Origin: an uncultured Bacillota bacterium
GTDB taxonomy: Bacteria; Bacillota; Limnochordia; Limnochordales; ZCTH02-B6
NCBI GenBank assembly: GCA_937975235.1
Contig: CALJUZ010000001.1
Coordinates: forward strand, 21,885-85,884
Direction of reading: 5' to 3'
Length of the DNA: 64,000 bases
In this document: positions 59,785 through 64,000 of the stretch, in pieces
Layout: the number at the start of each line of letters is the position of its first letter
How positions within the stretch are numbered: the first letter of the stretch is position 1
Program-made: the position numbers and the translations under genes
The notes under the pieces: generated by a model
Database searches by the model: none
Told to the model about the DNA's origin: nothing
Seen by the model: only the letters and a program-made list of their open reading frames with translations

Positions 59785-60155
59785 TCCGGCAGGCGGGACC
59801 GTAAGCCAGATTCTGTTTCCGATGGTCATCTATCTCGCCCGGAACGCCCGCTGCGGGCGCCCGAACGGTCGTCCTTTGCGGACGACTGCCCCCTACCCGC
59901 CCTCAAAGGGGCCTATTTGGGGTTGCTCGGTGGTGGGGGTTGCCAGCGTTCCACCCGCGCCGTCGCCGGCGCGGCTCGTCTCTATGGCCCTTTTATAGCT
60001 ACTGCCGACCACGAGGGCCGGGTTCGCGTCCGTCGTCTTGCGACGCCCAGCCTTGCGACTGGCACCAACTTTCTGCCGGCGGAGCCGGCAGCCGAGTCTG
60101 GACTTTCCTCTAGCGGCCCGCGGGCCGCCAGCGACCATCCGTCCCACCTGCCTTG
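59785..60155 (-). ncRNA. rnpB: RNase P RNA (ends approximate, +/-10 nt)
   Basis: The minus strand carries the universally conserved blocks GAGGAAAGTCC(agac), AGATAGATGACCATCGG and ACAGAATCTGGCTTAC. P1 is formed by GGCAGGTGGGAC (60152-60141) pairing with GTCCCGCCTGCC (59799-59788). P2 is GATGGTC/GACCATC. P3 is the hairpin GGCGGCCCgcGGGCCGC. No plausible CDS lies here. Confidence 0.9.
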
Positions 60156-60196
60156 TGGGGCGGAACGCCCGACATATCGGAACGATCCGCATTTAT

Positions 60197-60225
60197 AGTA
60201 TATCATCGCCGGGGGTGTTTCACAA
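60197..60225 (-). promoter_or_regulatory. Candidate sigma-A promoter for rnpB
   Basis: Minus strand: -35 TTGTGA (60225-60220), 17-nt spacer, -10 TATACT (60202-60197). Confidence 0.5.
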
Positions 60226-60245
60226 CGGCGCGGTTTTGGTACAAT
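60217..60245 (+). promoter_or_regulatory. Candidate extended -10 promoter for the glycosyltransferase gene
   Basis: -35 GTTTCA, 17-nt spacer, TGgTACAAT (60237-60245). About 33 nt upstream of GTG 60278. Its -35 overlaps the rnpB -35 on the other strand. Confidence 0.45.
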
Positions 60246-60277
60246 ACAAGGTGTACGAGCCAAGGAGGACCTGTTCG

Positions 60278-61504
60278 GTGAAAATCGCGGTCTTTACGGA
60301 CAGCTACCGCCCCTACGTCAGCGGGGTCGTCCGCTCCATCGACACGTTCAGCACCGAGCTGCTCGCGCTTGGCCACGAAGTCTACATCTTCGGACCGCGC
60401 TACTATCCTTCCCAGTACGAGGACGCCGCGGCGCTGTCGGACGACGACGTTCCGGCGACGAAAGTGTTTCGCTATTGGTCCATTCCGGTGCCCATGTACA
60501 AAGGCTTCACGGCGCCGGTTCCTATTTCGGCGCAGGCGGAGCTGCTCTGTGCGGACTTGGGCATCGACCTGATTCACTCCCACACGCCCTTCGCCATGGG
60601 AACGCTGGGCGCGCTGCTGGCCCGCCGGCTGCGCCTGCCTTTGGTGTTCACCCACCACACCATGTATCACGAATACGTGCACTACATCCCCGGCGTCCGC
60701 TCGGCGCTCAAGGAAATGATGCTGCGCTACGTGGGCGCTTACTGCCGCAGGGCGGATCTCGTCATTACGCCGACGCCCCAAATCCGGGACTTCGCCGTGG
60801 AGGCCTACGGGCTGAAAGACAAGCCCGTCAAGGCCATCCCGACGGGCATCGACGTGGACGCGTTCGGCCGGGGAGACGGCCGCGCCGTGCGGGCCCGCTT
60901 CGCCGTCCCGGAGGACGCCCCGGTGCTGACCTTCGTGGGCCGTCTGGGGCGGGAGAAAAACGTGGAGCTGCTGCTGAAAGCGTTCAAGATCGTGGTGCGG
61001 CGTCGGCCTGACGCGCATTTGATGCTCGTGGGCGACGGCCCGCTGCGGGAGCAGCTGGAGGAAACGGCGGCGGGCGCGGGGCTGTCGGGCCGCGTTCACT
61101 TCACCGGGACACTGACGAAACCCGAGGTCATCGACGTGTATCACGCCGCGGATCTGTTCGTCATCGCCTCGGTGACGGAAACCCAGGGGCTCGCGACGCT
61201 GGAGGCCATGGCCGCGGGCTTGCCGGTGGCGGGCGTCAACGCGCCGGGCACCGCGGACATGGTGGAACACGGCGTGCAGGGGCTGCTGACGCCCGAGGAT
61301 CCGGAGGCGCTGGCGGAGGCGGCTTTGACGCTGCTGAACGACGACGGGCAGCGGCGGGCTTTCGCGGCCCGGGCCCGGGCGCGGGCGGAGCGGTTCAGCG
61401 CGCGCAACATGGCGCTGGAGCTGGTGCAGGCGTACGAGGAAGTGCTGGCCGCGCGCGCCCCGCAGGGCGCGGCCGGCAGGGATAGAGCCGCGGCTATGGA
61501 ATAA
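60278..61504 (+). CDS. Family 4 (GT-B) glycosyltransferase, likely a glycolipid or cell-envelope glycosyltransferase
   Basis: The track ORF is 60038..61504, and the 5' part overlaps rnpB. GTG 60278 sits 8 nt after AAGGAGG. N-terminus VKIAVFTDSYRPYVSGVVRSI. C-terminal EX7E-type region: FVIASVTETQGLATLEAMAAGLPV. Confidence 0.82.
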   Translation: MKIAVFTDSYRPYVSGVVRSIDTFSTELLALGHEVYIFGPRYYPSQYEDAAALSDDDVPATKVFRYWSIPVPMYKGFTAPVPISAQAELLCADLGIDLIHSHTPFAMGTLGALLARRLRLPLVFTHHTMYHEYVHYIPGVRSALKEMMLRYVGAYCRRADLVITPTPQIRDFAVEAYGLKDKPVKAIPTGIDVDAFGRGDGRAVRARFAVPEDAPVLTFVGRLGREKNVELLLKAFKIVVRRRPDAHLMLVGDGPLREQLEETAAGAGLSGRVHFTGTLTKPEVIDVYHAADLFVIASVTETQGLATLEAMAAGLPVAGVNAPGTADMVEHGVQGLLTPEDPEALAEAALTLLNDDGQRRAFAARARARAERFSARNMALELVQAYEEVLAARAPQGAAGRDRAAAME

Positions 61505-61523
61505 CAGTGTCGAGGTGAACGGC

Positions 61524-61679
61524 ATGATTCGACCGACGGCTTCCACCGTCATTTTCGGCGCGCTGGTGCTGCTGGGCTTCGCCCTGGCGGCCGTGGTGCT
61601 GCTGCCGGTCAGCGGTGCGGCGTGGAGCGTGGCCGGAGCGGACAACCTGTTTTATCATTATCTGAGCGAGTTTTTCTGA
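61524..61679 (+). CDS. Candidate mini-protein (51 aa) with a single TM helix
   Basis: Below the ORF-track size cutoff. ATG sits 8 nt after GAGG. Sequence: MIRPTASTVIFGALVLLGFALAAVVLLPVSGAAWSVAGADNLFYHYLSEFF. G/C-ending codons dominate as in neighbouring genes. It starts 20 nt after the glycosyltransferase stop. Confidence 0.35.
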   Translation: MIRPTASTVIFGALVLLGFALAAVVLLPVSGAAWSVAGADNLFYHYLSEFF

Positions 61680-61715
61680 GGCCGCCCCAGGCAGGGAAGG
61701 AGCGCACGGGTGCAC

Positions 61716-61850
61716 ATGGCGAGGAAACATCGCGTCGAGGAGCCGGTGATGCCCAAGACCGGCGACGCGCCGGTGCCCGGCTGGCTGACGGCGCTGGGCG
61801 TCGTGCTGGCGGCGTGGGCCGTCTATTACTTGGTGCTGTCGGTGCGTTGA
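61716..61850 (+). CDS. Candidate mini-protein (44 aa) with a single TM helix
   Basis: Below the ORF-track cutoff. GGAAGGAG lies 7 nt before GTG 61710 and 13 nt before ATG 61716. Sequence: MARKHRVEEPVMPKTGDAPVPGWLTALGVVLAAWAVYYLVLSVR. The stop overlaps the -35 of the leuS leader promoter. Confidence 0.35.
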   Translation: MARKHRVEEPVMPKTGDAPVPGWLTALGVVLAAWAVYYLVLSVR

Positions 61851-61876
61851 CACCGCCGCGGGCGGTATGCTACGAT
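61847..61876 (+). promoter_or_regulatory. Promoter of the leuS T-box leader
   Basis: -35 TTGACA (61847-61852), 18-nt spacer, -10 TACGAT (61871-61876). Confidence 0.6.
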
Positions 61877-61882
61877 AGCGGC

Positions 61883-62172
61883 ACGAAATTTTGAGGAAAA
61901 AGGCGATGACAGGGACCAGTACGGCCCATCCGGGCTGAAGAGAGCCGCCGGCCGGTGCGAGGCGGCGCCCGGACGCCGGAAACTCGCCCTGGAGCCGTCC
62001 CCCGAACGTGCGAGGCGCCCTCGCACCAGTAGACGGGAACGGTTTCTCCCCGTTACAGGAGAAGCGGCCGCAGGGCTGCACAGAGGGGATCGCATCCGCG
62101 ATCAAATAGAGTGGTACCGCGGAAAGCAGGCGCTTTTCGTCTCTATGTGAGGCGAAAAGCGTTTTCGCTTTT
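61883..62172 (+). promoter_or_regulatory. T-box riboswitch leader (Leu specifier, probable CUC at 61983-61985) controlling leuS
   Basis: Stem I elements: GCGATGA (K-turn), AGTA, AGAGA (GAAGAGAGCC) and the distal GGTGCGA. The specifier context is GGAAA-CTC-G. The T-box sequence AAATAGAGTGGTACCGCGG lies at 62104-62122. A terminator hairpin follows. Confidence 0.88.
62131..62172 (+). terminator. T-box attenuator terminator
   Basis: CGCTTTTCG-13 nt loop-CGAAAAGCG followed by TTTTCGCTTTT. Its 5' arm can alternatively pair with the T-box sequence to form the antiterminator. Confidence 0.8.
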
Positions 62173-62197
62173 AGAGGCATGTTGGGAAACGGGGTGC

Positions 62198-64000
62198 ATG
62201 GCTGTGTCGCAGACGATGACCAAATCGACCGCGTACGATTTCGAGCAAGTGGAGCGCACGTGGCAGCAGCGGTGGGAGGAGCAGGATTTGTACCGGGTGG
62301 ACGAAGACCCGTCCCGTCCGAAGTACTACTGCCTGGAAATGTTCCCGTATCCGTCGGGGCGGCTGCACATGGGACACGTGCGCAACTACTCCATCGGCGA
62401 CGTGGTGGCCCGCTTCAAGCGCATGCGGGGCTACAACGTGCTGCACCCGATGGGATGGGACGCGTTCGGCCTGCCCGCCGAAAACGCGGCCATTCAGCAC
62501 AACATCCACCCGAGCAAGTGGACGTGGGAAAACATTGATTTCATGCGGCGGCAGCTGAAGCGTCTGGGCATCAGCTACGACTGGCGGCGCGAGTTCGCCT
62601 CGTGCCATCCGGACTACTACAAATGGACGCAGTGGCTGTTTCTGCGCTTTTACGAGCGGGGGCTGGCGTACCGCAAGCGGGCGTCGGTCAACTGGTGCCC
62701 CAACTGCGCCACGGTGCTGGCCAACGAGCAGGTGGTCCAGGGCCGGTGCGAGCGGTGCGACACCGAGGTGACCACCCGGGAGCTGGAGCAGTGGTTCTTC
62801 CGCATCACGGACTACGCCGACCGGCTGCTGGAGGATCTGGACCGGCTGGAGGGCTGGCCGGAGAAAGTCAAGACGATGCAGCGCAACTGGATCGGCAAAA
62901 GCTACGGCGTCGAGATCCACTTCCCGCTGCAAGGCCGCGACGGCCATCTGGCGGTGTTCACCACCCGGCCCGACACCATCTTCGGCGCGACGTACATGGT
63001 GGTCGCGCCCGAGCATCCGCTGGTGGACACCCTCATCGCGGACGCGCCCGGCAAGGACGAGATTCGCCGCTTTATCGAGGATGTGAAAAAGCAGGACGAG
63101 ATCGCCCGCACCAGCGAGGAAGGCGACAAGGTGGGCGTGTTTACCGGCTCGTACTGCATCAACCCCTTCACCGGGGAGCCGATTCCGATCTGGATCGGCA
63201 ACTACGTGCTCATGGGCTACGGCACCGGCGCGATTATGGCCGTGCCCGCCCACGACCAGCGCGACCTGGACTTTGCCCGCGCGTACGATTTGCCGGTGCG
63301 GGTCGTCATCGCGCCGCGCGAAGGCGAGGCGCCCGACGCCGCGACGATGACGGAGGCCTACGCCGAGCCCGGCGTCATGGTCAACTCGGGACCCTTCAGC
63401 GGCCTGCCCAGCCAGGAGGGCTGGCAGCGCATCGCGGAAGAGATCGAGCGGCGGGGCATGGGCCGGCGCCGGGTGCAGTACCGGCTGCGCGACTGGCTCA
63501 TCTCCCGCCAGCGGTACTGGGGCTGCCCGATCCCCGTGGTGTACTGCGGCCACTGCGGCATCGTCCCGGTGCCCGACGATGAGCTGCCGGTGCTGCTGCC
63601 CGAGGACGTGGCCTTCAAGCCCACGGGCCGCTCGCCGCTGCTGGACCACGCCGAGTTCGTCCAGACCACGTGCCCCAAGTGCGGCGGGCCGGCCAAGCGG
63701 GAGACCGACACCATGGACACGTTCGTGGACTCGTCGTGGTACTTCCTGCGCTTCGCGGATCCGCACGCGGCCGACGGACCCTTCGGCAAGGAGAAGGCCG
63801 ACTACTGGATGCCCGTGGACCAGTACATCGGCGGCGTGGAACACGCGATTTTGCACTTGATGTACGCGCGGTTTTTCCAGAAGGTGCTGGCCGACATGGG
63901 CCTGAGCACCGCGCAGGAGCCGTTTACGAACTTGCTGACCCAGGGCATGGTGCTGAAAGACGGCGCCAAGATGTCCAAGTCCAAAGGCAATACCGTGGAT
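62198..64000 (+). CDS. leuS: Leucine--tRNA ligase, N-terminal 601 codons (continues beyond the window end)
   Basis: Absent from the track because the frame stays open to the edge. My translation from ATG 62198: [68 protein letters not shown] (HIGH region)...[14 protein letters not shown]...KMSKSKGN at the very end. GTG 62204 or ATG 62216 are alternative starts. Confidence 0.93.
   Translation, partial: MAVSQTMTKSTAYDFEQVERTWQQRWEEQDLYRVDEDPSRPKYYCLEMFPYPSGRLHMGHVRNYSIGDVVARFKRMRGYNVLHPMGWDAFGLPAENAAIQHNIHPSKWTWENIDFMRRQLKRLGISYDWRREFASCHPDYYKWTQWLFLRFYERGLAYRKRASVNWCPNCATVLANEQVVQGRCERCDTEVTTRELEQWFFRITDYADRLLEDLDRLEGWPEKVKTMQRNWIGKSYGVEIHFPLQGRDGHLAVFTTRPDTIFGATYMVVAPEHPLVDTLIADAPGKDEIRRFIEDVKKQDEIARTSEEGDKVGVFTGSYCINPFTGEPIPIWIGNYVLMGYGTGAIMAVPAHDQRDLDFARAYDLPVRVVIAPREGEAPDAATMTEAYAEPGVMVNSGPFSGLPSQEGWQRIAEEIERRGMGRRRVQYRLRDWLISRQRYWGCPIPVVYCGHCGIVPVPDDELPVLLPEDVAFKPTGRSPLLDHAEFVQTTCPKCGGPAKRETDTMDTFVDSSWYFLRFADPHAADGPFGKEKADYWMPVDQYIGGVEHAILHLMYARFFQKVLADMGLSTAQEPFTNLLTQGMVLKDGAKMSKSKGNTVD

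Noticed and set aside
61746-61850. MPKTG plus a hydrophobic stretch plus a terminal Arg in mini-ORF-b as a genuine sortase sorting signal.
   Set aside because: The 44-aa product has no signal peptide and no passenger domain. The first residue is Met rather than Leu. A chance resemblance in a TM mini-protein is more parsimonious.
61622-61894. The 90-aa track ORF spanning the mini-ORF region and the leuS leader promoter.
   Set aside because: It has Arg/Gly/Ala-rich shadow composition, no RBS, and it runs through the TTGACA/TACGAT promoter into the T-box leader.

Overview
The window is a very GC-rich chromosomal segment, with third codon positions almost all G/C. It carries Firmicute/Clostridia-type hallmarks: AddAB rather than RecBCD, a SpoVB/MurJ-like flippase, a T-box leader on leuS, a type III pantothenate kinase and an ApgM-type phosphoglycerate mutase. 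I can support about 50 CDS, one ncRNA (RNase P RNA, minus strand), one T-box riboswitch, several intrinsic terminators and a set of TGn-extended -10 promoters in short AT-richer islands. Gene order, left to right: tkt (partial), ctaB and an HNH-domain protein (all minus); fumC; two small orphan ORFs; an sbcD-like / Rad50-like / addB / addA operon; a flippase; add; trpS; a DUF62 SAM hydrolase; tdh-kbl; an orphan acidic protein; a 13-gene nuo operon (A-L and N, no nuoM) with a lipL-like gene coupled to its 3' end; maeB; three tandem M42 peptidases; a LonC-like protease; nfu; a comB-like gene; E1alpha-E1beta-E2-lipA-lipB; an S58 peptidase; coaX-coaBC; apgM; rnpB; a GT4 glycosyltransferase; two mini-ORFs; and T-box-leuS (partial). 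I saw no CRISPR array, transposase, integrase, phage gene, tRNA or rRNA. This is core housekeeping DNA, and I do not find a convincing novel multi-gene system. The most unusual loci are: (1) a Rad50/SbcC-like ATPase with a membrane hairpin where a zinc hook would be, chained to addBA; (2) a stand-alone multidomain HNH protein; (3) the nuo operon lacking nuoM; and (4) several orphan acidic or mini ORFs. Many long ORFs in the supplied track are antisense shadows typical of high-GC DNA. Several true starts are internal to the listed ORFs, chosen here from RBS position, ATGA/GTGA stop-start overlaps and family N-termini. All functional calls rest on motif recognition by eye, with no database search.
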